From positions 48,241-112,240 of the forward strand of contig JADJZR010000008.1 in NCBI GenBank assembly GCA_016715645.1: 64,000 nucleotides of DNA. The letters run 5' to 3'. The notes beneath the pieces are model-generated. The model was not told where the DNA came from, searched no databases, and saw nothing but the letters and a program-made list of their open reading frames with translations. This stretch comes from Elusimicrobiota bacterium (GTDB lineage Bacteria; Elusimicrobiota; Elusimicrobia; FEN-1173). The position numbers were made by a program, and so were the translations under genes. The stretch's first letter is position 1; each line of letters opens with the position of its first letter. Below, piece by piece: positions 40,742-50,831 of the stretch.

Positions 40742-42026
40742 TCCTCACGAACAGTCACAAAATCTATTGAAACGAGCCCTGAAAGTTATTCCACTAGGGG
40801 CTCAAACCTTTAGCAAAAGCATCACGCAATATCCCCTTGGGATATCGCCCCATTTCGCGACACACGCCCGCGGAAGCAAGATATGGGATGTCGATGGAAA
40901 TGAATATATAGATTTCGTAAACGCCTTGGCCGCCGTTACCTTGGGGTATGGGGATCCTGACGTTATAAGGGCCGTGCAAGATCAGATGGAGAGGGGGAGC
41001 CTCTTTTCCCTTTCTCACCCCCTCGAAATCGATGTCGCGGAGGCTCTTGTTGAAATGGTCCCGTGTGCAGAAATGGTTCGGTTTGGGAAGAATGGGTCTG
41101 ACGTGACCACGGCCGCTGTGCGTTTGTCAAGAGCGTTTACCCAACGGGACCACGTGGCCCTTTGCGGATACCATGGGTGGCAGGACTGGTCCATTGGGAC
41201 GACCGCGCGGCGCAAAGGAGTTCCTGAACCGGTGAGTCGACTAAGTCATCCGTTCAATTACAATGACCTGGATTCGTTACATCATCTTTTTAATTCTTAT
41301 CCGGACCAAATCGCTGCCGTCATTCTTGAACCTATGAGTATCGAATTTCCCCGGGACGGTTTTTTACAGGGGGTAAGGGATCTTTGTAATCGACATAAGT
41401 CCGTTATGATATTTGACGAGGTGGTCACGGGCTTTCGCCTGGCCCGTGGAGGAGCCCAGGAACTGTTTGGGGTCACACCCGACTTGGCGTGTTTTGGGAA
41501 GGGGATGGCAAACGGGTTTCCCCTTTCTGCGATCGTTGGCCGTGAAGAGCTCATGCGGCTTCTCGAAGAAGTATTCTTTTCATTCACGTTTGGGGGCGAT
41601 GTATTGTCTTTGGCGGCCGCCCGAGCGACATTGAAGAAGGTACGGAATGAACCTGTCGTGGAGGAATTGGAGCGTCGCGGTCGGGTGGTAATGGAAGGCG
41701 CCCAGCGGCTATTGCAACAATTTAAAATGGAACAGTATATTTCTCTATCAGGACATCCATCATGGAGTTTTCTCCGGTTTCACAGCATAGAGGCAGTGGA
41801 TGAGTGGGAAATGAAAACGTTATTTTTGCAAGAAGTCTTCGCTCGTGGGGTTTTAACGATCGGCACACACAACATGAGTTACGCCCATACGCAGGGGGAC
41901 CTGGATCGGCTTCTAGCGGTCTATGCAGAGGTGTTTTCGGTGATCGCGGAGGCTGTCCGGTCCAACGGCGTGGCGAAGCGACTCCGCTGTGAGGCGCTGA
42001 AACCACTTTTCAAGTTGAGAGGATAA
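40734..42026 (+). CDS. Class III PLP aminotransferase (glutamate-1-semialdehyde aminomutase-like)
   Basis: Pattern resembling the GSA-aminomutase family: SKIWDVDGNEYIDFV, FDEVVTGFR, FGKGMANGFPLSA (a likely PLP-Lys region). Confidence 0.65.
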   Translation: MVNPHEQSQNLLKRALKVIPLGAQTFSKSITQYPLGISPHFATHARGSKIWDVDGNEYIDFVNALAAVTLGYGDPDVIRAVQDQMERGSLFSLSHPLEIDVAEALVEMVPCAEMVRFGKNGSDVTTAAVRLSRAFTQRDHVALCGYHGWQDWSIGTTARRKGVPEPVSRLSHPFNYNDLDSLHHLFNSYPDQIAAVILEPMSIEFPRDGFLQGVRDLCNRHKSVMIFDEVVTGFRLARGGAQELFGVTPDLACFGKGMANGFPLSAIVGREELMRLLEEVFFSFTFGGDVLSLAAARATLKKVRNEPVVEELERRGRVVMEGAQRLLQQFKMEQYISLSGHPSWSFLRFHSIEAVDEWEMKTLFLQEVFARGVLTIGTHNMSYAHTQGDLDRLLAVYAEVFSVIAEAVRSNGVAKRLRCEALKPLFKLRG

Positions 42027-42030
42027 ATCA

Positions 42031-43101
42031 ATGAAAGTGGTTATTCGTGTGGATGGTTCCCGTGCGATTGGGACGGGACATATCGTTCGTTGTCTGACAT
42101 TAGCAAAGGCCTTACGTTCAAAGGCCGCACAAGTCTCATTTATTGTTAACGATATGGAAAATAGATGGGCGAGATGGATATCAAGCGCTGGATACAAGGT
42201 GCATCGAATCTTAATTAATCCAGTGGCCAACTTTTCTTGGAAGCGTGACGCGGACCAAACACTCTGTTTCCTGGAAAGGCAAGGGTCTCTTTGGGACGTT
42301 TTAATCGTAGATCATTACGGATTGGATCAAAAATGGGAAAGGGCAGTTCGATATTCCACCCGAGTTCTCCTTGTCATTGATGATATTTGTGGGCGGTATC
42401 ATGATTGTGATATTCTCCTAAACACATCCGATTATCGGACAATTTCTCAAAGGTCCTCGCGGCGACGGGGAACAAGCCCCATTCTGTTAAGGGGGGGGGC
42501 GTATGCTCTTTTGGAGACAGATTTTTTGAAAGGACATAATCGGTTGAAAGAGAAGGAGGATCGACCTCCCAACACGGTCCATGTATTTTTTGGTGGGGTT
42601 GATGATCCTAATTACACTGAACGCTTTTCCCGGTGGGTCGCGACCTCTTTCCCCAATTTAAAACTCCAGATTGTGGTGAGTCGGTGGTACCCTCACATCC
42701 GTTCCCTGACAAGGCTTAAGAAGGATTTTAGGGGTTCTGTAAACTGGGCCAGAAATGTAAAGATGGCATTGCCTATGGCGAAATGTGACCTAGCTCTTGG
42801 TACGCCTGGGGCTACCACATGGGAAAGGGCTTGTCTTGGTCTGGCTCCGGCATACGTGTCTGTGGCGGAGAATCAGAAACCCATTCTTCGGCGTCTTCAG
42901 AACGATGGTTTGTGTTCTTATTTGGGTGAAGCCGGAAAATTAACTGAGGATGTTTTTTTGAAGCGTTTTTCTGCATTCCTGTCAGATCAATGCGGTCTCA
43001 CCCGCATGCGCCGGAATGGCATGTCCATGGTCGATGGGGACGGGGTTAGAAGAGTGGTCGAGACGGTATTCGCTAGGTTAAGGGAAGGCGGCCCAAGGTG
43101 A
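42031..43101 (+). CDS. pseG: UDP-2,4-diacetamido-2,4,6-trideoxy-beta-L-altropyranose hydrolase (PseG)
   Basis: MKVVIRVDGSRAIGTGHIVRCLTLAKAL is the PseG N-terminal signature. About 350 aa, GT-B fold. Confidence 0.7.
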   Translation: MKVVIRVDGSRAIGTGHIVRCLTLAKALRSKAAQVSFIVNDMENRWARWISSAGYKVHRILINPVANFSWKRDADQTLCFLERQGSLWDVLIVDHYGLDQKWERAVRYSTRVLLVIDDICGRYHDCDILLNTSDYRTISQRSSRRRGTSPILLRGGAYALLETDFLKGHNRLKEKEDRPPNTVHVFFGGVDDPNYTERFSRWVATSFPNLKLQIVVSRWYPHIRSLTRLKKDFRGSVNWARNVKMALPMAKCDLALGTPGATTWERACLGLAPAYVSVAENQKPILRRLQNDGLCSYLGEAGKLTEDVFLKRFSAFLSDQCGLTRMRRNGMSMVDGDGVRRVVETVFARLREGGPR

Positions 43102-43622
43102 ATCAGGGGATAAGACTTCAAGAATATAATTCGGCGTTTGATCGATCGACCGTGCGCTGGTTGAATTATCCCAGTGTTCGGCGAGGGTTTGGTCTAACTT
43201 ATCGGATATCTTTGTCGTCGCACCGTCAATGGAGGCGGGGGCAGAAAAATCTTCTGTTTTGGGGAATTTTGGATGAAAAGGGACGTCACCAGGGGAATGT
43301 TTTGGTTCATTGCAACCCTCGTCATCGAAGTGGTTATCTGCAGATGTATATTGGCAGCCCACGCAAAAGAGGGAAAGGTCTCGGACAAGGAGCTTTGGTG
43401 GCTGCGTTGGATGACCTATTTTTTCGAAGAGGATTCCATCGCGTTTGGTTGCATACGCTTTGTCGAAATTCCCGCGTTGAAAAATTTTACCGTAGACTGG
43501 GGTTTTCTTCCGAGGGGGTTGAAAGAGGGTCTTTTTTTCGTGCGGGTCGCTTTGAGGATCAACGCCGTTGGTCTATACTTGCCTCAGAATGGAGAAAAAA
43601 CCCAGGTCGCACGATACAATGA
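43098..43622 (+). CDS. pseH: GNAT N-acetyltransferase (PseH-like)
   Basis: 174 aa GNAT with RGKGLGQGAL motif A. It directly follows pseG with a GTGA overlap. Confidence 0.55.
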   Translation: MNQGIRLQEYNSAFDRSTVRWLNYPSVRRGFGLTYRISLSSHRQWRRGQKNLLFWGILDEKGRHQGNVLVHCNPRHRSGYLQMYIGSPRKRGKGLGQGALVAALDDLFFRRGFHRVWLHTLCRNSRVEKFYRRLGFSSEGVERGSFFRAGRFEDQRRWSILASEWRKNPGRTIQ

Positions 43623-44314
43623 TGTGTGTGATTATGCAACCAACATATTTTCCGTGGCCAGGGTATTTTAACCTGATCGCCTCGGCGGATGTGTTCGTTT
43701 TCTTGGATGACGTTGCGTATGAAAAAACCTCTTGGCAAAACAGGAACCGTGTTTTGGTGTCCGGGCGACCGCATTGGATCACCGTTCCTGCCCGACGCAT
43801 GTTTTTGGGACAACAGCTTCGGAACGTTGAAGTATCAGAAAACAATCGGTGGCGGGACAAGCATTTTCGATTGTTAAAAGAATCGTATGCGAGGCACCCA
43901 CACTACACGGACATGATGGACATCGTCTCGATACTGAGGGATGAATCGTTAAAATCCTTGGTGGATCTCAACACCAAAATCATTCGAACAGTGTGCGATC
44001 GATTGGGTCTTTTGGCTTCCTTTCGAAGTTCTGGGCAGATGGGAATTTTGGGGGACCGCTCGGAACGGTTGTCGAAAATTTGTGTGGCTCTCGGATGCGA
44101 CACTTATCTCAGTCCGATTGGAGCTAAAGAATACCTGGAAAATGATCATTTCAGTTCCACTGGATCGGTTCGTCTCCTTTTCCAGGATTATTCTCCTCAA
44201 TCCTATCCACAAATGGGATCGAAGAACTTTTTCGACCATCTCTCAATTTTGGACCTCATTGCCAACGTGGGATTTTCACATGCCGCGGCTTATGTGAAAA
44301 GTGGCGGTTCGTGA
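43619..44314 (+). CDS. WbqC-family protein (second copy)
   Basis: MMCVIMQPTYFPWPGYFNLIASADVFVFLDDVAYEKTSWQNRNRV is paralogous to the gene at 24398. Confidence 0.7.
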   Translation: MMCVIMQPTYFPWPGYFNLIASADVFVFLDDVAYEKTSWQNRNRVLVSGRPHWITVPARRMFLGQQLRNVEVSENNRWRDKHFRLLKESYARHPHYTDMMDIVSILRDESLKSLVDLNTKIIRTVCDRLGLLASFRSSGQMGILGDRSERLSKICVALGCDTYLSPIGAKEYLENDHFSSTGSVRLLFQDYSPQSYPQMGSKNFFDHLSILDLIANVGFSHAAAYVKSGGS

Positions 44315-44335
44315 CTTTAATTTTGGAGGATCATT

Positions 44336-45259
44336 GTGGAACACCAATACAAACTTGAAAAGGATCCGGTTTATGGTTTTTTCCGAGTTGTTCCATGCCC
44401 AAGTTCCAAAGAACTTCAGGAATACTACTCGCGTGAATTTTATTCAGCTCAATACTCAAATTGCAACGACTCCTCTATTGAAATTCAAGAAAAAGACAAA
44501 GAATTCTATCAAGGGCATTTTGAGGACATTTGCTGCGCTATTGAAGAAACCAGTCGAAGACCGTCAACGGGTCTCCGGGTTTTAGATATCGGGTGCGGGT
44601 GGGGCCAGGCTCTGTTGCATTTCAGGAAAAGAGGGATGCAGTGTGTAGGGTTGGACCCTGCCCCAGAGGCGGTTCGCTACGCTCGTGCCCAAGGCCTTGA
44701 GGTGTACGAATCCAATATGGGGGATGTATCTATACTGAATGAGCGGAAATTTGATGTTGTTTGTCTATTAAATGTTCTCGAACACCTTCCAGATCCGGGA
44801 TTGGTCCTTGAGACCATTCACGGAAAGCTCTTAGCAGAGGGCGGTTTACTAATCGTAGAGGTCCCAAATGAGTTTAACGCTTTTCAAGTGTGTGCTGATG
44901 AAGAGTTTCAATTGGCTCAATGGTGGGTGGCTCCGCCCGCCCATCTGAATTACTTTACTGTCGACACGTTGACATCTTTTATGGAGGGACATGGATTTTC
45001 GGTTCGCCTCAAAGAGGCGTCATTTCCAATGGAGATGTTTTTGCTGTTCGGCGAAAATTATGTCAAAAAAAACCGTCGCGGGCGAACGTGCCATAAAAAG
45101 AGGATGAATTTTGAACACCATCTGAGATCAACGGGACGAACGGATGTGCTTCGACGGTTCTATCGATCATTGGCCGAACAAAACTTGGGACGCCAAATCT
45201 TTGTTGTTGCTGAGCGAAGGCCATTGTTTGTCCGGGCACGCCGGCCCCCCATTCAATGA
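44336..45259 (+). CDS. Class I SAM-dependent methyltransferase
   Basis: VLDIGCGWGQALL motif I; LLNVLEHLPDP. Confidence 0.65.
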   Translation: MEHQYKLEKDPVYGFFRVVPCPSSKELQEYYSREFYSAQYSNCNDSSIEIQEKDKEFYQGHFEDICCAIEETSRRPSTGLRVLDIGCGWGQALLHFRKRGMQCVGLDPAPEAVRYARAQGLEVYESNMGDVSILNERKFDVVCLLNVLEHLPDPGLVLETIHGKLLAEGGLLIVEVPNEFNAFQVCADEEFQLAQWWVAPPAHLNYFTVDTLTSFMEGHGFSVRLKEASFPMEMFLLFGENYVKKNRRGRTCHKKRMNFEHHLRSTGRTDVLRRFYRSLAEQNLGRQIFVVAERRPLFVRARRPPIQ

Positions 45260-46551
45260 AAATAGAAAATTTGGGTGGGGCGACAGCTATCGTTACCCAT
45301 AAAGGGAAGCGCATCCTTTTTGACCCTTGGCTCAATGATGGGATATTCCATGGGGCCTGGTACCATTTTCCACCTCTTCAAAAAAAGATCGGAGATCTGG
45401 GACGGGTCGACTGGATCTTTATTTCCCACATCCATGAGGATCATTGTGCGGAAGGAACTCTTCGCTATATTAATAGGGATGCAGAGGTGATTCTGATGGA
45501 TCGTCAGCCCGATTATGTTGGACAATTTTTAAGTAATCGTGGATTTCGGTTCAAAAAAATTCATTGTGTTAAACCGTTTACTTCCAAACGAATAACTTCT
45601 CTTCTCTCAGTCGATATGATCCCGGCGGATCCCTCCCACACCTATAATTATTCCATTGATTCAGCCCTTGTCATGAAGTGGGATGGTTGGGTGATCTATA
45701 ATGCCAATGACTGCCCGCCTTATGACCAAGGGATGGCGTATTTGTCTGGAAGATATGGCCATGTGGACTTGGCTCTTTTGCCCTACACGGGGGGGTCCGG
45801 GTATCCAGCGTGTTACAGCAACCTTTCGGCGAACCAGAAACACAACGAGAAAAAACGTTTGCGTGAAGAAGGTGTGAAAAGTTTTCTCAGAACGGTTACC
45901 CAAATCGCCCCGACATTCGCGATGCCATTTGCGGATCAATATGTTGTCGCAGGTTCCCGTTCAATACTCAACCGTTTTTTGCCGCACCCCCCGTGTCCGG
46001 GCGACCTCCTTGAGCGCTATAATAAGGCCAACCTTGTTTCAAAGCTGCTCTTGTTAAATCCAGGGCAGGCTTTTGATCTAGGAACAGGTCGAAAAAATCC
46101 GCCGGGCGCTTATCGAGTTTACACGGAGAGTGATCGAAAAAAGCATATCTCATCGCTTAAAGGGAAAATCTATGATCATGAAAAAATAAATGTGAGCCGA
46201 TCGGTTCCTATCTCTCGGTTGCTGGCGTTGGCGAGGGAACATCTTTGGAAAAAGCAATTGACATCTAAATATTTTCCAAAATTCTCCTACCTAATTCATA
46301 TTTCGGATTGGGACCGATTATTCCTACTGGATTTACAAAAACCGTCTCCAATGGAGATCACGAACTCGATGAAAAAAGTTCAGATGGAACCCTATCTGCG
46401 TGTGAGTGTCTCAAGCACTCTTTTGCTTTTGCTCTTAGTTGGTCATGTGTCGTGGAACATCGCGGATGCCGCTCTTTTCCTGGACTATGAACGAGTCCCC
46501 AATCACTACGACCCCACTATTCATGAATTTCTTAATCACCTAAAAATATGA
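45256..46551 (+). CDS. MBL-fold metallo-hydrolase
   Basis: IFISHIHEDHC (HxHxDH Zn motif) after an N-terminal beta-lactamase-fold lead-in. Confidence 0.65.
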   Translation: MKIENLGGATAIVTHKGKRILFDPWLNDGIFHGAWYHFPPLQKKIGDLGRVDWIFISHIHEDHCAEGTLRYINRDAEVILMDRQPDYVGQFLSNRGFRFKKIHCVKPFTSKRITSLLSVDMIPADPSHTYNYSIDSALVMKWDGWVIYNANDCPPYDQGMAYLSGRYGHVDLALLPYTGGSGYPACYSNLSANQKHNEKKRLREEGVKSFLRTVTQIAPTFAMPFADQYVVAGSRSILNRFLPHPPCPGDLLERYNKANLVSKLLLLNPGQAFDLGTGRKNPPGAYRVYTESDRKKHISSLKGKIYDHEKINVSRSVPISRLLALAREHLWKKQLTSKYFPKFSYLIHISDWDRLFLLDLQKPSPMEITNSMKKVQMEPYLRVSVSSTLLLLLLVGHVSWNIADAALFLDYERVPNHYDPTIHEFLNHLKI

Positions 46552-47636
46552 TCCTTCGCGATATTCGCATTGGAAATCAATCCATCGGCGAAAACCATAT
46601 CCCCTGGATTGTGGCAGAAATGTCAGCCAACCACGGGCAATCGCTTGAACACGCTCTTAGCATTGTTGACGCAGCCGCAAAAGCCGGCGTTCAGGCTCTC
46701 AAACTCCAAACGTACAAAGCAGAGACGATGACATTGGATCTCTCCACCTCGGATTTTATGATTGAAGATCCTGGTAACATATGGAAAGGTCAATCTTTGT
46801 ATAACCTTTATCAAATGGCGCACTGTCCTTGGGAATGGCATGAGCCTATTTTCCGTCGGTGTCGTGCGCTTGGTCTGGTGGGTTTTAGTACTCCATTTGA
46901 TGTAACCGCCGTCGACTTTTTAGAAGATTTGGGGGTTCCTATGTATAAGGTGGCGTCTTTTGAGAACAACGATCTCCCATTAATACGAAAAATTGGAAAA
47001 ACCGGAAAACCCCTTATGTTGTCAACAGGAATGGCCACCCTGAACGAATTGGAGGAGGCTGTTTCGGCCGCCCGTGAAGCTGGTTGTGAAGACATTGTCC
47101 TCTTGAAATGTACCAGCGCATACCCCGCCCCAGCTGAGGAGGCCAACTTGGCGACCATTCCGGATCTGAAAGAAAGGTTTCAATGCCTCGTGGGGATTTC
47201 GGATCATTCGAATGGGATCGGGATTTCTATGGCCAGCGTGGCGCTCGGTGCTCGGGTCATTGAAAGACATTTCATCGACTCCCGTCTGAGCGGAGGACCG
47301 GACGCATCGTTTTCTCTTGAGCCAATGGAAATGCAACAATTGGTCGAAGAGTCCCAAAAAATTTTTTTGGCGCAGGGGAAAGTTTTTTATGGATCTACCC
47401 ACACCGAAATGAAATCCGCAAGGTATCGACGTTCCCTGTATATCACGGAACCCCTTAAAAAGGGCGATCGCTTGACACCCTATAACCTGAGATCTATACG
47501 TCCAGGCATGGGGCTTGCGCCAAAATATCTTGAAAAAGTTCTCGACCTCCCAGTCGAACGGGATGTGAGTAAGGGCACTCCTCTAACATGGGATATCGTT
47601 GGCGGAAAACCTCCTTCTATGAAAGGGGAGGCTTAA
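46548..47636 (+). CDS. pseI: Pseudaminic acid synthase (NeuB/PseI family, with C-terminal SAF domain)
   Basis: IGENHIPWIVAEMSANHGQSLEHALSIVDAAAKAGVQALKLQTY...GFSTPFD...KVASFENNDLPLI matches the NeuB family. It is assigned to Pse because of the flanking pseBCGH genes. Confidence 0.8.
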   Translation: MILRDIRIGNQSIGENHIPWIVAEMSANHGQSLEHALSIVDAAAKAGVQALKLQTYKAETMTLDLSTSDFMIEDPGNIWKGQSLYNLYQMAHCPWEWHEPIFRRCRALGLVGFSTPFDVTAVDFLEDLGVPMYKVASFENNDLPLIRKIGKTGKPLMLSTGMATLNELEEAVSAAREAGCEDIVLLKCTSAYPAPAEEANLATIPDLKERFQCLVGISDHSNGIGISMASVALGARVIERHFIDSRLSGGPDASFSLEPMEMQQLVEESQKIFLAQGKVFYGSTHTEMKSARYRRSLYITEPLKKGDRLTPYNLRSIRPGMGLAPKYLEKVLDLPVERDVSKGTPLTWDIVGGKPPSMKGEA

Positions 47637-47639
47637 TCC

Positions 47640-48710
47640 ATGGAGTTGATTGACTTGTCCCGTTATGCAACCATTCGTTCACCCGCAATCATTCCACCGT
47701 TTTCTTCTCTTCGGAATTCTGATTCCATCTCATTCACCCCAAATTTGGAGTTAGTGGAGACACCTGAAAATCTACATCGTGTGGACCAACTGATAAAAGC
47801 AGGTTGGCGCGTGGCTCGCGTGCATCGCATTCCGCCCGACACCCCGTTCCCTTTTCGAAAAACATTCCCCCGCCGAATTCTTTTCGAAATGACAAGCAAT
47901 TGCAACTACAGGTGTCGTATGTGTCCTCAAAACAATCTCACTCGTCCCCGAATCCATATGGAGGGGGATCTGTATCGAAGGGGTTTAGATGAAATTGATG
48001 TTCATGGTGTTGAGGGATTGTGGCTCTACCATCTCGGCGAATCTATTTTACATCCCGAATTTCGAGAAATACTCCAATACGTTAGCAGTAAGAAACATTT
48101 AGGCACAGTTTGGATGAGCACCAATGGGCGATATTTTGACGAACAAATGGCACGTTTTGTCATGGAATCTTCGGTCGATTATGTCAACTTCTCTGCCCAT
48201 GGGGTGACTCAATCTGCCTATGAAAGCGTCATCCCCGGTGGGGCTTTTGAGATTGTCCAAAGAAACCTTGAAGCGTTCTATAGGCTCAAAGGATCCCCTC
48301 GAATCAAACGAAAACCATTCATCCATACACAAATGATCGAGCAGGAATCAACCCAGGGCGAAGTGGATTCATTTATCGCACAGCACATCGATCGAGCCGA
48401 CCTAGTGAGCATAAACATGCTGGAATACGTCAATCTTCCCAAAAATCAATTTGGAATCCAACAGAGGGATCGTCCCCCTTTGCGTTCCTGTTTGCGAGTA
48501 GAACGAAACGATTGCTTCATTTGTTCTAACGGCAGCGTTACTCTTTGTGACGCCGCCTACAACGGAGAAATTTTCTTAGGGGACATCCATACTCAGACCA
48601 TTGAAGAGATTTGGAACGGGGAAAAAAGGAAAGAAATCTTGGAACTGAGTCGCTCCGGGCGTATGGGCGAAATCGAATTTTGCCGTCACTGCACCGATTA
48701 CGACATTTGA
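47640..48710 (+). CDS. Radical SAM enzyme with C-terminal SPASM/twitch-like Cys cluster
   Basis: CNYRCRMC (CxxxCxxC) in FEMTSNCNYRCRMCPQN, and a C-terminal CFICSNGS...CDAAY...CRHC. Confidence 0.7.
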   Translation: MELIDLSRYATIRSPAIIPPFSSLRNSDSISFTPNLELVETPENLHRVDQLIKAGWRVARVHRIPPDTPFPFRKTFPRRILFEMTSNCNYRCRMCPQNNLTRPRIHMEGDLYRRGLDEIDVHGVEGLWLYHLGESILHPEFREILQYVSSKKHLGTVWMSTNGRYFDEQMARFVMESSVDYVNFSAHGVTQSAYESVIPGGAFEIVQRNLEAFYRLKGSPRIKRKPFIHTQMIEQESTQGEVDSFIAQHIDRADLVSINMLEYVNLPKNQFGIQQRDRPPLRSCLRVERNDCFICSNGSVTLCDAAYNGEIFLGDIHTQTIEEIWNGEKRKEILELSRSGRMGEIEFCRHCTDYDI

Positions 48711-48816
48711 ATGTTACTTTTTGGTGATGATTCTAGTCCGGGATCCAGAAATAACATTGGGGGAACAAGGGTAAAAGAATAACGGAAGGTGGTTGCCGGA
48801 CGACTGAGATGATCCC

Positions 48817-49689
48817 ATGGAGAAAGAAATTATGACGGATGACATTAAATCATTGTATCTTGGACTTTTGAAAAAATCCCTCACCTTCAATATATGGCCG
48901 GAACCGCTGGTTCCTGTATCCTTTTTTAATTCCGGTCGGTCGTGGTTGATCCGTTGCCTCTTCGCGACTGCAACTAAATTGTTAGGCCCGTGGGGCCTGG
49001 TGCTTGCCCGGCAGTACGGTCATCATTCGGTAGACCTTGCGGAAGGGAAAAGTTTTGCGCTCTTTGCGGACACGATGGTTGGACTTAAACGCCTTGACAA
49101 TCTTCAAACTTGCCTAGAGACTGTGTTGCGGGAAGGGATTCCAGGCGAAATGATAGAAACGGGGGTTTGGAGAGGTGGAGCGTGTATATTTATGCGGGGC
49201 GTTTTAGCCGCGCATGGAGTAACGGATCGGAAGGTTTTTGTAGCCGATTCGTTTGAAGGGCTTCCTAAACCAGACGTCGACCTGTTCCCTGAGGATAAGG
49301 GAGATCGCCATTCCCGATGGCGGTTCTTAGCGGTTTCGCTGGAGGAAGTCAAAAATAATTTTCTACGGTATGGGCTTTTAGATGATCAAGTTGTATTCGT
49401 TAAAGGGTTTTTCCACGACTCCCTTCCTCATGCGCCGATTGGAAGTCTCTCCGTTCTTCGGTTGGACGGAGATATGTACGGATCTACAATGGACGTGCTT
49501 GAAAATCTCTATAAAAAACTTAACCCGGGGGGATTTTGTATCATTGACGATTATGCGCTTCCAGGCTGTCGCAAGGCAGTGAACGATTTTAGGGAAAAAC
49601 ATGGGATTTGTGAACCTATGATAGAAATTGATTGGACCGGTTGTTATTGGCGCAAGGGAGAGGCTGTTTGCAAAGGGCAGCTGACTTGA
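48817..49689 (+). CDS. TylF/MycF-family sugar O-methyltransferase
   Basis: The LRLDGDMYGST...GGFCIIDDY metal-binding motifs are characteristic of macrocin-O-methyltransferase-like enzymes. Confidence 0.7.
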   Translation: MEKEIMTDDIKSLYLGLLKKSLTFNIWPEPLVPVSFFNSGRSWLIRCLFATATKLLGPWGLVLARQYGHHSVDLAEGKSFALFADTMVGLKRLDNLQTCLETVLREGIPGEMIETGVWRGGACIFMRGVLAAHGVTDRKVFVADSFEGLPKPDVDLFPEDKGDRHSRWRFLAVSLEEVKNNFLRYGLLDDQVVFVKGFFHDSLPHAPIGSLSVLRLDGDMYGSTMDVLENLYKKLNPGGFCIIDDYALPGCRKAVNDFREKHGICEPMIEIDWTGCYWRKGEAVCKGQLT

Positions 49690-49805
49690 TGCTGGAACAG
49701 TTTGCGAAGAATGATCGGGTAAGGAAGAGAGGGTTGTTTTTTCCATTAGTTTATAGGCGAGTGCCATCACCTATGACCCGTTGGATTTGCTAGAGGGCGA
49801 CCTCC

Positions 49806-50690
49806 ATGTGGTCAATGAAGGAACTTCTCAAAAGTGGATTTGAAAGGATGGGGTTGTTAGGGGCATTGCGAAAGGTAAAACGTCGGAGCCTTGTCTGGGC
49901 CGACCATTTGATTCATGGCCCCCTCTTTAAGAAAAGGCTAGCGGATGTGGTCGGAGATCGGGCAGCGATCCTCGATATTGGTTTTGGTCATTATGAGACG
50001 ATGGCGAAACCTTATTTGGCAGCCCGGGCTAAATCATATGTGGGGGTCGATTCAAACCCGGAATATGTCGCGAATGCCAAAGCGGCAATCGATTTGGGTT
50101 TCTTACCAGACAAGTGCCAATTCATTAACCGGCCAATCGAGGAATGTGCTTTTCCTGAACAGTCCTTCGATGTCATTTTTTCAAGCTCAGCTCTGGTGCT
50201 TATTCCCACTTACGCAGAGGTTATTCGGAATTGTGCGAATTGGATAAGTCCACAGGGGCGCCTTATCCTTTGTCTTGGAGCGCGCCACCCATCTAAGAAG
50301 AACAATGCCATACTGAGGGCCGCTTTCCGGTGTCTCCACCCATTCGCGAAACCGGCCGAGGTGCTGGAAGGAGTTAATGGCTGGCTGGACTGGAATCGCA
50401 AGGGCGCACGCGATGGTCAGTTTGGACACCTGCCTGGAAAGCGTATGATCCAAGAAGATGCGATCTTGACCGAAGTGGAGAAGTTCTTTTTCCTTTCGGA
50501 TTCATTCGGTTGTCGTCCCTTCATTGATATTATCACTAAAGACCTTAACGAACTGAGGCTCCTAGGCGCTGTCCTCGTGAAACCCATTGATTTTATTTTG
50601 AATATTACCGGGCTAATGGACCCAACCTACTTCACCTATGTGTTTCGACCTAAATTACCTAAGCCTGCCCATACGATTCCCTTTCCATGA
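49806..50690 (+). CDS. Class I SAM-dependent methyltransferase
   Basis: ILDIGFGHYE motif I; DVIFSSSALV. Confidence 0.5.
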   Translation: MWSMKELLKSGFERMGLLGALRKVKRRSLVWADHLIHGPLFKKRLADVVGDRAAILDIGFGHYETMAKPYLAARAKSYVGVDSNPEYVANAKAAIDLGFLPDKCQFINRPIEECAFPEQSFDVIFSSSALVLIPTYAEVIRNCANWISPQGRLILCLGARHPSKKNNAILRAAFRCLHPFAKPAEVLEGVNGWLDWNRKGARDGQFGHLPGKRMIQEDAILTEVEKFFFLSDSFGCRPFIDIITKDLNELRLLGAVLVKPIDFILNITGLMDPTYFTYVFRPKLPKPAHTIPFP

Positions 50691-50831
50691 AATCTGGTGT
50701 AGAGTCGATTTTCTATTGGAAAATTGTCGACATCGTAAATTCCGATATTTTGCTTTGTGTGTAATGGGTTTTCTCGATTGTGCGATTCTCAAATAATGTC
50801 ATGATTATGACCCTGTAATCCAGAGGAGTTC

